Assembly: GCF_004010195.1 (NCBI RefSeq)
Contig: NC_057719.1
Span: 68,103,873-68,167,872, forward strand
Reading direction: 5' to 3'
Length of the DNA stretch: 64,000 bases
DNA from: Chiloscyllium plagiosum
Lineage: Eukaryota
How positions within the stretch are numbered: position 1 is the first letter of the stretch; every line of letters begins with the position of its first letter. The notes below the pieces were generated by a model. The model made no database searches and was not told where the DNA came from. It saw only the letters and a list, made by a program, of their open reading frames with translations. Both the position numbers and the translations under genes were made by a program. Shown piece by piece: positions 1 through 11,507 of the stretch.

Positions 1-2252
1 GTGCTACTGGTTGGGGGATGGATATGAAAATTAAGAGGAGCAGCAATTGGAGCAACATCACAACCTGGGACACTGATTGGCTGAGGGAATGACTGGGTAA
101 GTGAGTGGCTGGCACGTTGAGTTGGTGATGGGCTGATTGGGTTTATAAGGGGCTGGCTGGGGGAGTGAGTGAATCAGTAGCTTGTTGCGTAAATAGGTCA
201 GGCACTGGCTAAGGGGCTGGCTGGGTGAGTGAGCAGACTCACTCTGCCTTCTCCTCCCTCAAAGCAGGCTTGGGGTTGGAGGGGGTGAGGGGGAGCGGGG
301 AGGTGGTGAGGAAACCTGAAGCTGATAGACAAAAACAACTTCCAACTCTCACCAAATTCATGTGAATTTCACAAAGGCCAACTTCAAATGTGTTCCACCA
401 GACATGAACGAAGGTCAGTGTTAGTTAAACCCAACTCCTTTGCTTCACCTTAGTCCCACCCTCCCCTTGATGGTAAGGACCGATGGCTTCATCTTTTTCT
501 CTTTCTCTGCTTCATAACCAAAAGGACAAAAATAAAAAAATTGCTCGTCACTTGACTAGCTCCTTAAAAAGAAATCCCATTGCTACCTGCTGTGGTGGGA
601 TTCGAAACCATGTGACCATAACATTGGACTACATCTCTGGTTATAAGTTCAGTGACAATTGTTATGAGCCAACTCATTCTATGACTGAACAAGTCAAATC
701 CCAAACTGAAATCTGGCTCAACAGGTTATATTTTTGTATTTGGTTTTGAGGAGGTGGTATTCCACAGAAATACTAACACCCAATGCTACAGACTTGATTT
801 TAACAATAAAACAGAAGCTTATAACACAATAGAAATGAAGAATAAAACAAACTGGATTATTTTCACAACAGTTTAAAGATTTTGAAACACATGGCAAAGT
901 ACAATCCCTAAATGCTCCTTTCTAGTATTCAAACTGGAGAGAATTTCCTTCTTTAATTTTTCTTCAGGGTTTAACTTCATGGTGGCTTCAATTCTCAGTC
1001 TTGAGAATCTTCAAACAACTTAGCTTATAATTACTCAGTTTTGAACAATTCCTTCCAAGTTAGCGAACACCTTAACACTTCTGGTTTGGAACTTTCGAAC
1101 CAACTCCTTACACCTATTTCTAACAGTTCTAAATGGTCTCCCTTTTTCAGAAGTAACCGTCTCTCATAGCCAGTTCTAGCCAAGACATCTGCAAACCTAA
1201 AATCAAAAGGGCTTTCCTGAAGCTTTGGGTGTTCCTCTTAGTCAAAAGAAATTATTCCATCCCAGAAAGAGTCTAATGCACAACTGCTTATTCTATTCAT
1301 TAGTGTAAAACTCACCAAATGAAATAAAACCCTGATCGCTCTCCAGGAAGTTTCTCTCACACACTGTTTTAAAAGAAATCATCATGGGTATTGCAATATT
1401 TATAAGTTAATCAATAAACCACTTTCTCATACACAAATGTAGCCCTTGTAGAACCTAAACCAAGCATCAGTGAGCAGATTATTGCTGCACAAGTGTTTCT
1501 CAATCACACTGTTGACTACACCTTCCAGCACTTTATTGATGATCAAGAGTAGACTGTTGAGGTAGTAATTGATTGCATTGGATTTGTTTTGCTTTGTTTA
1601 CACTGGACATACCTGGACAATGTGCCACATTGTTGGTTAAATAACAGTGCTGTAACTGTATTGGAACAGTTTTACCATAAAAGCAGTAAGTTCTGGAATA
1701 CAAGATTCCAATACTATTGCTGGGTGTTAGAACAAAAAATATTATATCACAGGTACAGGCCCTTCTGCCCTCCAAGCCTGCACCGATCCAGATCCTCTAT
1801 CGAAACCTGTTGGCTATTTTCTAAGGGTCTGTATTCTTTTGCTCCTTGTCTAGATACATCTTTATTGACACTATCATGCCTGTCTCTACCACCTCCGCTG
1901 ACAACACATTCCAGGCATCCACTACCCTCTATGTAAAGAGCTTTTTGTGCATATCTCCCCTAAACTTTTACCCTCTCACATTAAACTTGTGACTCCTAGT
2001 CCTCTACTCTGAGAAAAAGCTTTTGCTATTGACGCTGTCTATATGTCTCATGATTTTGTAGACCTCAATCAGGTCCCCCCTCAACTTCCATCTTTCTAAT
2101 GAAAATAATCCTCAACCTCTCCTCATAGCTAGCACCCTCCATACCAGGCAATATCTTGGTGAACCTCCTCTGCACCTTCTCCAAAGCATCCACATTGTTT
2201 TGGTAATGTGGCAACCAAAACTGTACACAGTATTCCAAATGTGGCCGAACCA

Positions 2253-4387
2253 ACAACAGAAAAAGAGGGAAAAAACATACATAAGGTCCAGGCAATTGAA
2301 TACAGACTAAGCTTTGGAAGAATTTCGGGAATGTAGGACCTATTTGAAATGAAGAATTGAGAGGGCTAATAGGGGTCATGAGATATCTTTAGCAAACAGG
2401 GTTAAGGAAAATCCCAAAGCGTTTTATTTGTATATAAGGAGCAACAAGCTAACTAGAGAAAGGGTTGGCTCACTCAAGGGCAAAGTAGGAAGGCATGTGT
2501 GGAGTCAGAAAATAGATGAGATTCTTAACGAGCACTTTTCATTGGTATTCACCAATGAGAGGGGACATAATGGATTTTGAAGTTAGGAATAGGTGTTTGA
2601 TTAGAATCAAGAGTAATCAAACATCTAGGAGGAGAAAGTGAGGACTGCAAATGCTGGAGATCAGAGTTGAGAGTGTGTTGCTGGAAAAGCACAGCAGGTC
2701 AGGCAGCATCCAAGGAGCATGAGATTCGATGTTTAGGGCATAATCCCTTCATTAGGAATGCCCGAAATGACGATTCTTCTGCTTCTCGGATGCTGCCTGA
2801 CCTGCTGTCCTTTTCCATCAACACACTCTTAACTCTCATCTCCAGCATCTGCAGTCCTCACTTTCTCCTCCTAGATGTTTGATTACTCTAGGTCAATTTG
2901 GCATAAGGAGGGAGGAAGTGTTGTCCACTTGTTTAAGAAGGATGGCAGGGATAATCAAGGTAATTAAAGACTGGTGAGCCTGACGTCAGTGGTAGGGAAG
3001 CTGCTGGAGAACATACTGAGGGATAGGATCTACTCCCATTTGGAAGAAAATGGGCTTATCAGTGATGGGCAACACGATTTTGTGCAGGGTAGGTCATGTC
3101 ATACCAACTTAATAGAATTCTTTGTGGAATTGACAAAGTTGATTAATGAGGGATGGGCTGATGATGTCATATGCATGGACTTCAGTAAGGCATTTGATAA
3201 GGTTCCCCATGGTAGGCTGATGGAGAAGATGAAGTCGCATTGGGACCACTGTTGTTTGTAATATACATAAATAATTTAGAGGAATGTATAGGTGGTCTGA
3301 TTAGCAAGTTGGCAGATGATACTAAGGTTGATGGAGTAGCAGATAGTGAAGCGGTCTGTCAGAGAATACAGCAAAATATAGGTAGTTTGAAGAATTGGGC
3401 AGAGAAATGGCAGATGGATTTAATCCAGACAAATGCAAGGTGATACATTTTGGAAGATGCAATTCAAAAACAAACTACATAGTAAATGGAAAAGTGATGT
3501 ATAGAGAGATCTGAGTGTTCAGGTCCATTGTTCCCTGAAGGTAGAAACACAGGTTCAATAGAGTGGTCAAGAAGGCATACAGCATGCTTTCCTTCGCCAG
3601 ACAGGATGTTGAGAACAAAGGTTGGCAGGTCATGTTACAATTCCCTACCACTGACGTCAGGCTCACCAGTCTTTAATTACCTTGATTATCCCTGCCATCC
3701 TTCTTAAACAAGTGGACAACACTTCCTCCCTCCTTATGCCAAATTGACCTAGAGTAATCAAACATCTAGGAGGAGAAAGTGAGGACTGCAAATGCTGGAG
3801 ATCAGAGTTGAGAGTGTGTTGATGGAAAAGCACAGCAGGTCAGGCAGCATCCGAGAAGCAGAAGAATCGTCATTTCGGGCATTCCTAATGAAGGGATTAT
3901 GCCCTAAACATCGAATCTCATGCTCCTTGGATGCTGCCTGACCTGCTGTGCTTTTCCAGCAACACACTCTCAACTCTGATCTCCAGCATCTGCAGTCCTC
4001 ACTTTCTCCTCCTAGATGTTTGAATACTCTTGATTATAATCAAACACCTATTCCTAACTTCAAAATCCATTATGTCCCCTCTCATTGGTGAATACCAATG
4101 AAAAGTGCTCGTTAAGAATCTCATCTATTTTCTGACTCCACACATGCCTTCCTACTTTGCCCTTGAGTGAGCCAACCCTTTCTCTAGTTAGCTTGTTGCT
4201 CCTTATATACAAATAAAACGCTTTGGGATTTTCCTTAACCCTGTTTGCTAAAGATATCTCATGACCCCTATTAGCCTTCTCAATTCTTCATTTCAAATAG
4301 GTCCTACATTCCCGAAATTCTTCCAAAGCTTAGTCTGTATTCAATTGCCTGGACCTTATGTATGTTTTTTCCCTCTTTTTCTGTTGT
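2253..4387. repeat. Long inverted repeat: 747-bp arms (2253-2999, 3641-4387), 641-bp spacer
   Basis: Arms are near-perfect reverse complements; I counted fewer than 10 differences by eye. Confidence 0.95.
2628..2871. mobile_element. Short PLE-derived fold-back element inserted in CR1 (duplicated at ~3769-4012)
   Basis: Two full arms gaggagaaagtgaggactgc...gcagtcctcactttctcctc with a degenerate hammerhead in the middle. Confidence 0.88.
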
Positions 4388-5940
4388 CAGCAACTCATAG
4401 CCTTTGCAGTATCCAGTGACTCCAGCCATTTCTTGATATCACATGAAATGAATGACTCAGTGGTTAACACTGCTGTCTCATAGCACCAAGGACCTGGGTT
4501 TGATTCCACCCTCAGGCAACTGTCTACGTGGACTTTGCACATTGTCACCATGTCTGCATGGGTTTCCTCCCACAGTTCAAAGATATGCAAATTAGGTGGA
4601 TTGGCCCTGTTAATTTGCCCATAGTATCCAGGGATGTGTAGGCTCGGTGGATTAACCGTGGAAAATCAGGGTTACAGGAATAGGGTAGGGATGGGAGACT
4701 GGGTGGATTGTTCTTTGGAGGGTTAGTGTGGATTTAATGAGCTGAGTGGTCTATCTCCACAATGTACTGATTCTATTTTCAATTAATTAAATTGGTTGAA
4801 GATTGGCATGTGCAATGCTGGGGACCTCGGAAGGAGGTCAAATGGATCATTCACTTGGCACATCTGGCTTCAGCCTTATTTCTGCATTGATGTGCTAGGC
4901 TCCCTATTGTTGAGGATTGGGATATTAGTGGAGCCTCCTCCTTCACCATCACTCTTGACTAGAAATGGCAGGATGGCAGAGCTTAAATCTGTGGTGTAAT
5001 TTCACTCTATCACTTGCTATTTGTTGTTTGGCACACAAGTAGTCCAGTTTTGTCGCTTCAGCATGCTGGCACGTTTTTTTTTAGGTATGCCTAGTGCTGC
5101 TCCTAGAATGCCCTCCTGAACTCTTCTTTGAACCAGGGTGATGGTAATGGTCGAGTGGCGGAAGTCCTGGGGAATGAGATTGCATACTTCTGTTGCTAAT
5201 GGCCCAGATTGCCTCATGGATGCCCAATCTTGAATTGCTAGATCGATTCAAAGTGTATCCAATTTAGCTGGGCGATACTACCATGTGGTACCATAATGTA
5301 TTCCTGCTGTGAAGACACGACTTCACCTTCACGAGGACTGTGCAGTGGTCACTCTGACTGATATTATCATGGACAAATGCAGATTTGCAGGAATGAGCTG
5401 AAGTGCTATTTTTCCTTCACCCTTGGTTCCCTCACCATCTGTTACTGACCCAGTCTAGTAGCTATATCCTATAGGACTTGACCAGCTTGATCAGTGGTGG
5501 TGCTGACGAACCTCTCTTGATGATGGACATTGAAGTCTTCCACCAACTGCACATTCTGCACCACCTTGTGTGCTTCCTCCGAATAGTGTTCAAATCAGAG
5601 TTGCACTGATTCAGCAGCTGAGCAGGAGACAATACCTGGTAATCAGCAGGATGCGTCCTTGTCTGTTTGACCTGATGCCATGAAATGTCATTGGATCTGG
5701 AGTCAAATTTGAGGATTCCCAGGGCAACTCTCTCCCGAATGTATCCCACTGTGTGGCCAACTCTGCTAGATCTGTCACACCAATGGAACAGAACATACTG
5801 CAGCATGGATATATCATGGTTATGTCTGAAAATTGTCTGTAAGGTATGATTCTGTGAGCATGACCAGGTCAAGGCTAGTTAATGAGACAACGCTCTCAAA
5901 TTTGGCACTCGTCTCCAGATGTCAGATAGGAGGCCATTAC
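4388..5940 (-). mobile_element. Older decayed CR1-like LINE, continuing 1440-1736 across the CR1 insertion and interrupted by a SINE
   Basis: DIKKWLESLDTAKAM, and endonuclease-like WHQVK..G.ILLIT.Y remnants. Confidence 0.65.
4455..4780 (+). mobile_element. HE1-type SINE (diverged)
   Basis: Same consensus. Confidence 0.8.
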
Positions 5941-6905
5941 AGAGGGCAGTTAAAAGGCAGTGTGGAGGCATGTGTAAGGTAGGCTAGACCAGGTATGGGT
6001 GGCATTTTCCTTACTGAAGGACATTAATGAACCAGATAGCTTTGTCTGAAAACTGAGAAAGATTTCATGGCCATTAGACTTTTAATTTCAGATTTTTACT
6101 GAATTTAAATTCCACCAAATGCCATGATGGGATTCAAACCTGAGTCTCCAGTACATTATCTGGGGCTTGGGATTACTCGTCCATTGGCATCACCACTAGA
6201 TCATCATCTCCCCTTATCTTCCAAAGAATGATTGCAGAGATGAATCTGAACTGCCATGCATCCTTGACAAGTCTCTATAATATCAGAAACAGCTTCCAAG
6301 ATGAAGAAGTACATTAAAGTGTCGTGAGACTTAATATGCACAGCAACATATATTAATAGGAATGAGATGAATGATAACTATTTAGTTTTGCTTGTTTTGA
6401 TTAAATGAGAATGTCTGTTGACAAATTTAATTAAGAGAGGTCTCCTCTTCTCTTCAAATTATATGAGATCGTGAATACCCATTTAAACCACTGAATCTAC
6501 AGACAGAGCCACAACCAGACTTACTGAGCTGCTCTTACATGATACAACTGTCAATAGGAGTTGGAATTCTTCTGACTTGATTTCAGACAATAAAACAAAT
6601 TTTAATAGGTGCAGTGGACAATGAACCTTGTATTGGTACCTGCACGCGAGTAGCCAATTAGAATCCACCAGTGTGAATACCAGGTTTCTTGTAATCTTTG
6701 CTCTTCCAAATTTATATCTAGTTTTTAGGGATGGTGATTGCGATGGACCTCTTTTATTGTGGAATAATGCAGACAAGCACAAACTTGACAAGTATTGACC
6801 ACTCAATAGCTTGCTTGAAGATTCTGAAGTCTAAAGTTTGGGTGAAGATTTGTAGCTCGGGTGCTCGTTGTTGTGGTTCTGTTCGCCGAGCTGGAAGTGT
6901 TTGTT

Positions 6906-6945
6906 GCAAACGTTTCGTCCCCTGTCTAGGTGACATCCTCAGTGC
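6906..6945 (-). ncRNA. Minimal type-I hammerhead ribozyme motif (mirror copy in the left arm)
   Basis: Reverse complement reads gca-CTGAGGA-t-GTCACCT agac AGGGGAC-GAAACGTT-tgc. Confidence 0.75.
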
Positions 6946-7501
6946 TTGGGAGCCTCCTGTGAAGTGCTTCTGTGGTGTTCCCTCCGGCATTTATAGTGGC
7001 CTGTCCCTGCTGCTTCCGGTTGTCAGTTTCAGCTGTCCACTGTAGTGGCCGGTATATTGGGTCCAGGTCGATGTGTTTGTTGATGGAGTTTGTGGATGAG
7101 TGCCATGCTTCTAGGAATTCCCTGGCTGTTCTTTGTTTGGCTTGCCCTATAATGGTAGTGTTGTCCCAGTCGAATTCATGTTGCGTGTCGTCTGCGTGTG
7201 TGGCTACTAAGGATAGCTGGTCGTGGCATTTCGTGGCTAGTTGCCACACACGCAGTCGACAAGCAACATGAATTCGACTGGGACAACACTACCATTATAG
7301 GGCAAGCCAAACAAAGAACAGCCAGGGAATTCCTAGAAGCATGGCACTCATCCACAAACTCCATCAACAAATACATCGACCTGGACCCAATATACCGGCC
7401 ACTACAGCGGACAGTTGAAACTGACAACCGGAGGCGGCAGGGACAGGCCACTATAAATGCCGGAGGAAACACCACAGAAGCGCTTCACAGGAGGCTCCCA
7501 A

Positions 7502-7541
7502 GCACTGAGGATGTCACCTCGACAGGGGACGAAACGTTTGC
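7502..7541 (+). ncRNA. Minimal type-I hammerhead ribozyme motif in the PLE pLTR
   Basis: gca-CTGAGGA-t-GTCACCT cgac AGGGGAC-GAAACGTT-tgc: conserved core, helix II, palindromic ACGT in place of helix III, 3-bp helix I. Confidence 0.75.
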
Positions 7542-8090
7542 AACAAAAATTTCCAGCTCGGCGAACAGAACACAACATTCTGAAGTCTGCTGATGAATTT
7601 TTGGCCATGTCACATAAATCCGTGACAATACTAAGAAAGAAAGCACCTCTGACAATGCAGCATACAGAAACAGGAAAAGGCCACTCAGCTCTTTGAGTCT
7701 CATATGTTATTTAATTAGATCACATCTGATCAGAATTTCAACTTTCTCCATAGTGCATGATACTGAATTATTATACCAAAGTCTTTAACTAGCTTTTGAA
7801 CTATAACCACCTGTGCCTTGGAAACCACAGAAGTCTCTGCAACCTCAAAATAAAAATGCAGCAATAACTAGACCTGAGCCTGTTGAGGCTTAGGTCTAAG
7901 ATGGAATAGATATTAATGATGATTTGTTACATACCAATAAATTCAGCTGCATGAAAGATACCTCGTGTTTAGATAGTAATAAGTGCTGACGAAAGGTATT
8001 CTTAAAGTTGCAATTTTAAAAGTGTTCTTGTCAATGAAAACATGGAAAAATCAGGAAATTCTATGATATTCATGCATCAAATCTAAATTC

Positions 8091-8920
8091 TGTGATGAAG
8101 GGCGTACATACACACACACTTGGAATTTGGATTTCCGATTAGTAGCATATGGGTGCTAGGTTTTTTTTGTGAAGAAGTTTAAAAATTAACAAGGGCAGTC
8201 CTCCCAGAACACTTACTTAAAACCAGTATATGTCAGAGAGCAAATGATTGCAGGGACCTCTAGATTGCTAATGGAGTGTCTTTATGGTGTAGCATTTGTG
8301 ACAGGAGAGAGAAAAACCATTGAGTCTTTAGCTTCAGCATAATCTAGGATGATCATTCTCTTTTAATTCAAAAGCACTTGGATTCAGTTCAAAGCAGATG
8401 CAACTGAAGACTCAAATGAATATAGGCTCTCCCAGAAAAGGTCACTGTTGAGAACAGTGAAGGAAATAATTATCTCAGTGAAACCTCCAGACTAGCAGTG
8501 TTTAGTTAGAACTCTGCAGACTTTTAAAATGAGAAACTCTTAAGTATTCAGTTACTAGAGCGGTCAAGCCCTCATGACCAGAATTGTGAAGAAGCAGTAA
8601 AGTCCAACCTACAGAATCAATAGAAAAGGAAATGTGTCTAGAATTTTGATCTAGTGTGAAGTGACAGCATAGAGAAGAAGATGAGATTTCATTTTGTGTG
8701 TAGTTTGAAATCTTTTAAATGATGTTATATTGGGTTTGCTGGATTTAGTTTATTTTATTTTTATGAGAAACTTACATTTTGTTGTTAAGAGCAAAACTGC
8801 AGCCTTGTGTGCTTTTGTTTCAGTGGAAGACAGCCACATTAAATTAATTTATTTAAAAAAGTACAACATTTCATACTGAATCTACTATGTCATGTAGTAA
8901 CATCAGCTGGGATCATAACA
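8091..8920. mobile_element. Possible solo LTR
   Basis: Begins tgtgatga and ends tcataaca (TG..CA with a short terminal inverted repeat); no matching TSD. Confidence 0.25.
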
Positions 8921-9649
8921 AGATGCCAATGTGAACAAGAAAGAAAATGCAACCAAAATGACATGGCAACTTTTCATAATTGTCTTGCCAACAAAAATGT
9001 GACTTTTTTTTAGTTAACCTGTTTTGTTATAATATACCTGTTCAGAGATATTAATACACACCTCTGGAGCAGGTGAGACTGAACACAGGTCTTCCGGTCT
9101 AGGGAGAGGGGCACTATTCACCTGATAGCAGTTATTCCAGTGACAATAATTTTCCTGCTTTATTAATTCTTTCAAAGTGGGAAGACTTGAGGTCATGGTA
9201 AACAGATTATATATACATGCATACATATATATCAGACACCAAATATGGACATTAAGATCAGGCAACAACCTCTTGTGCTTGATAGAAAATTTGAATTTTA
9301 CACTGATTGCAAACTAATAGTGCAAGAAATGGAAAATAATTCAAAGGACTCTTCAGGCCAAGAGTCTGAAAATACACAGTGCAGAGAAAGATACCTCATA
9401 CAATAAGCTTGGCAGCAACGTTAGTATAAAAACTGCGATGGGGGATAGAAGGAAAACTAAGGATAATAGGGAACAAGGAATGAGCTCAGATTGGCTGCAG
9501 GCAAAGTGTCAGAGAATCAAAGAGTCAAAGCTTCATTGTGATTTCTCCCATGGGATTTGATAACTTAGTAATTATGTGTAGAGTACAGCACATAAAAAAA
9601 ATACACTTTTCATAATTGTATGATTAATTGTAAACAAGCAGAAACTTAC

Positions 9650-9715
9650 CAACTGGTACCTCTAAAATTATGTCAGGAGTTTTGTCATAGCCCTTAGCAC
9701 GCAATTGATCTTCAT
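9650..9715 (-). CDS. CDIN1: CDIN1 internal coding exon, 66 bp ((D)[21 protein letters not shown]+1 nt), containing the PD motif of the PD-(D/E)xK-like domain
   Basis: tacag|ATGAAGATC...CCAGTTG|gtaag. Matches recalled human [22 protein letters not shown]. Confidence 0.96.
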
Positions 9716-9950
9716 CTGTACAAATAAAGCAGAAGGGAAATAGAAGTAGAAGTGAATGTAGCAATGCACTGGTGCATGATTCCATTCAATAGAATTCATT
9801 GGTATTCAGCTTATAAACAAAAACACCAAGAATAGGTTACATCAATACAGAAACAAAATGTCTTCATAATGGACATGGTGCTTTTATTAGTTTAAAATTT
9901 AATGAAGAACTAGTTCTAATAAATGAAAATACAGGGCCTGATACAGTGAC

Positions 9951-10133
9951 TAGGAGAAAGAGAGGACTGCAGTGGTTGGAGATCAGAGTCAAAATGTGTG
10001 GCGCTGGTAAAGCACAGCAGGTCAGGCAGCATCTGAGAAGCAGGACAGTTGAAGGGCTTATGCCCGAAACGGCAACTCTCCTGCTCCTCAGATGCTGCCT
10101 GACCTGCTGTGCTTTTCCAGCACTACATTTTTC
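9951..10133. mobile_element. Short PLE-derived fold-back element
   Basis: Inverted arms around gaagggcttatgcccgaaac; degenerate TSD (gggcctgatacagtgac / ggtcctgatatggtgac). Confidence 0.85.
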
Positions 10134-10177
10134 GGTCCTGATATGGTGACCCACTAAATATACAAAATAACTGTTAG

Positions 10178-10520
10178 GGGTGGGACGGTGACTCAGTGGT
10201 TAGCATTGCTGCAACTCCAGGAACCAGAGTTCGATTCCACTCGAGTGACTGGCTGTGTGGAGTTTGCACATTCTCCCCATGCGTGCGTGGGTTTCTTCCA
10301 GGTGCTCCAGTTTCCTCCCACAATCCAAAGATGTGCAGGTTAGATGCACTGGCCAAGCTAAATTGCCTATACCGTCGAGGGATGTGCAGGCTAGGTGGAT
10401 TAGCCACGGTAAATGCAAGGTTACAGGGATTGGGTGGATCTGGGTGGGATGCTTTTTGGAGAGTTAGTGTGGACTTGTTGGGCCGATTGGCCTGCTCTGA
10501 CACTATAGGATTCTACTCTA
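10178..10520 (+). mobile_element. HE1-type tRNA-derived SINE
   Basis: ggtgactcagtggttagcattgctgc..gttcgattcc..tgtgtggagtttgcacattctcccc..cctcccacaatccaaagatgtgcagg; CR1-like tail. Confidence 0.85.
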
Positions 10521-11333
10521 TTCTAACTTATGCTTGTGTGAAACTTTTCATTTGGAAAAAATTACATAATGAATATTTATGTTAGATAGTTCCTGCTTTT
10601 TAAAAATACAGCAGGCTGCATTTTACAAAAATCGGCTATGTTAATTTCAAGAGTTTCTTAGAGGGTTTCTCTCATGGAGTCTAGCGATGTACCTCCTGAA
10701 ATTCTGAGCTTCTCATCTTGTTATATATGCACCACAGAGCCATACCAGCATTATTGTGTGCTCACCAGTGGTAAACAAACTTGCCACTGCCAAGACCCTG
10801 TGAGATTTCCACCACTGGCACTGTGTTTAATACCCAGCTGTGCGTACAGTCAGATTAGGTGTCACTATCAGTCACAACGGCCTTTATAAAACACATAGTG
10901 GGAGGAAAACGAAACAGAAAACCTGAAGAAGGCGCATAGGTACAGGGATGACACTTCATTGGAAGTAGCTCACATTTGTAAATATATTGCTACTTAACAT
11001 CATCACCTGTCTGATCAACTGTAATTGTAACTGCAGCTACAAGAATCAAAGCATACGAGCTAGTCATTCTTAGCACCATACCATCTTAGAACCCTGTCTA
11101 GTGGCACTCTTCCCGTAATGTGCAGTGTAGCATCACATGTTGTTGTTCAATGTAGAAGCATCATATTTTGGAAAGCCTTTATTGAACATCAGGAAGGGTG
11201 AATAATAAAAAAACCCAAAAAAGGCTGTATTTGCTTCCGGGAAATAAACAAAGATAGTTTGCCTTTTTAGAAACAACAAATTTTCAGTCAATGAATATTC
11301 ACTTCATGCAACTTACATCTATTGGAAGCAAGT

Positions 11334-11507
11334 AGAGTGTGGGGTGCTGGAAGAGCACAGCAGGTCAGGCAGCATCCGAAGAGCAGGAAAATAGACGTTT
11401 CATTGAGAAGGCATTTTCCTGCTCCTCAGATGCTGCCTGACTTGCTGTGCTTTTCCAGCACCACTCTCTCAACACTAATCTCCAGGATCTGCAGTCCTCA
11501 CTTTCGC
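11334..11507. mobile_element. Short PLE-derived fold-back element
   Basis: Inverted arms; 15-bp TSD ctattggaagcaagt at 11319-11333 and 11508-11522; tail on the right arm only. Confidence 0.88.

Larger units (their letters stand above)
1737..4387. mobile_element. Rearranged CR1 LINE (3' end on the minus strand at 1737-2252; RT region on the plus strand at ~2935-3640)
   Basis: SLTSVVGKLLE..., QHDFVQGRSC.TNLIEFF, DFSKAFDKVPH, ADDTK, LVRPHLEYCVQFW. Confidence 0.9.
6833..7576. mobile_element. Penelope-like element 3' end (GIY-YIG endonuclease C-terminus plus pLTR) as an inverted fold-back insertion
   Basis: The arms (~6870-7210 and ~7237-7576) are reverse complements. Both encode HEFDWDNTTIIGQAKQRTAREFLEAWHS..SINK.IDLDPIY. 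A 12-bp TSD attctgaagtct lies at 6821-6832 and 7577-7588, and the left arm has ~35 extra nt. Confidence 0.9.

Noticed and set aside
1..310. G-rich, loosely repetitive stretch as a promoter or G-quadruplex element
   Set aside because: Low complexity, CpG-poor and truncated by the window edge; no support for function.
660..1432. Possible solo LTR (tgttatga ... tcataca)
   Set aside because: Termini are only weakly suggestive, the TSD is imperfect, and there is no second copy in the window.
2628..2871. Fold-back elements as DNA-transposon MITEs
   Set aside because: Single-arm copies with their own 14-bp TSDs exist, TSD length varies, most hairpin copies have asymmetric arms, and the unit carries a hammerhead. 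This fits PLE retrotransposition better.
1..9649. Next CDIN1 exon (expected ..VEGH..HWIESKASFG..)
   Set aside because: Not found by eye. Near-matches at ~345-370 and ~9135-9155 do not translate correctly, so the exon probably lies outside the window.
10178..10250. tRNA-like A/B boxes here and at the other SINE heads
   Set aside because: They continue into the SINE core and tail and do not form full cloverleafs, so they are not tRNA genes.
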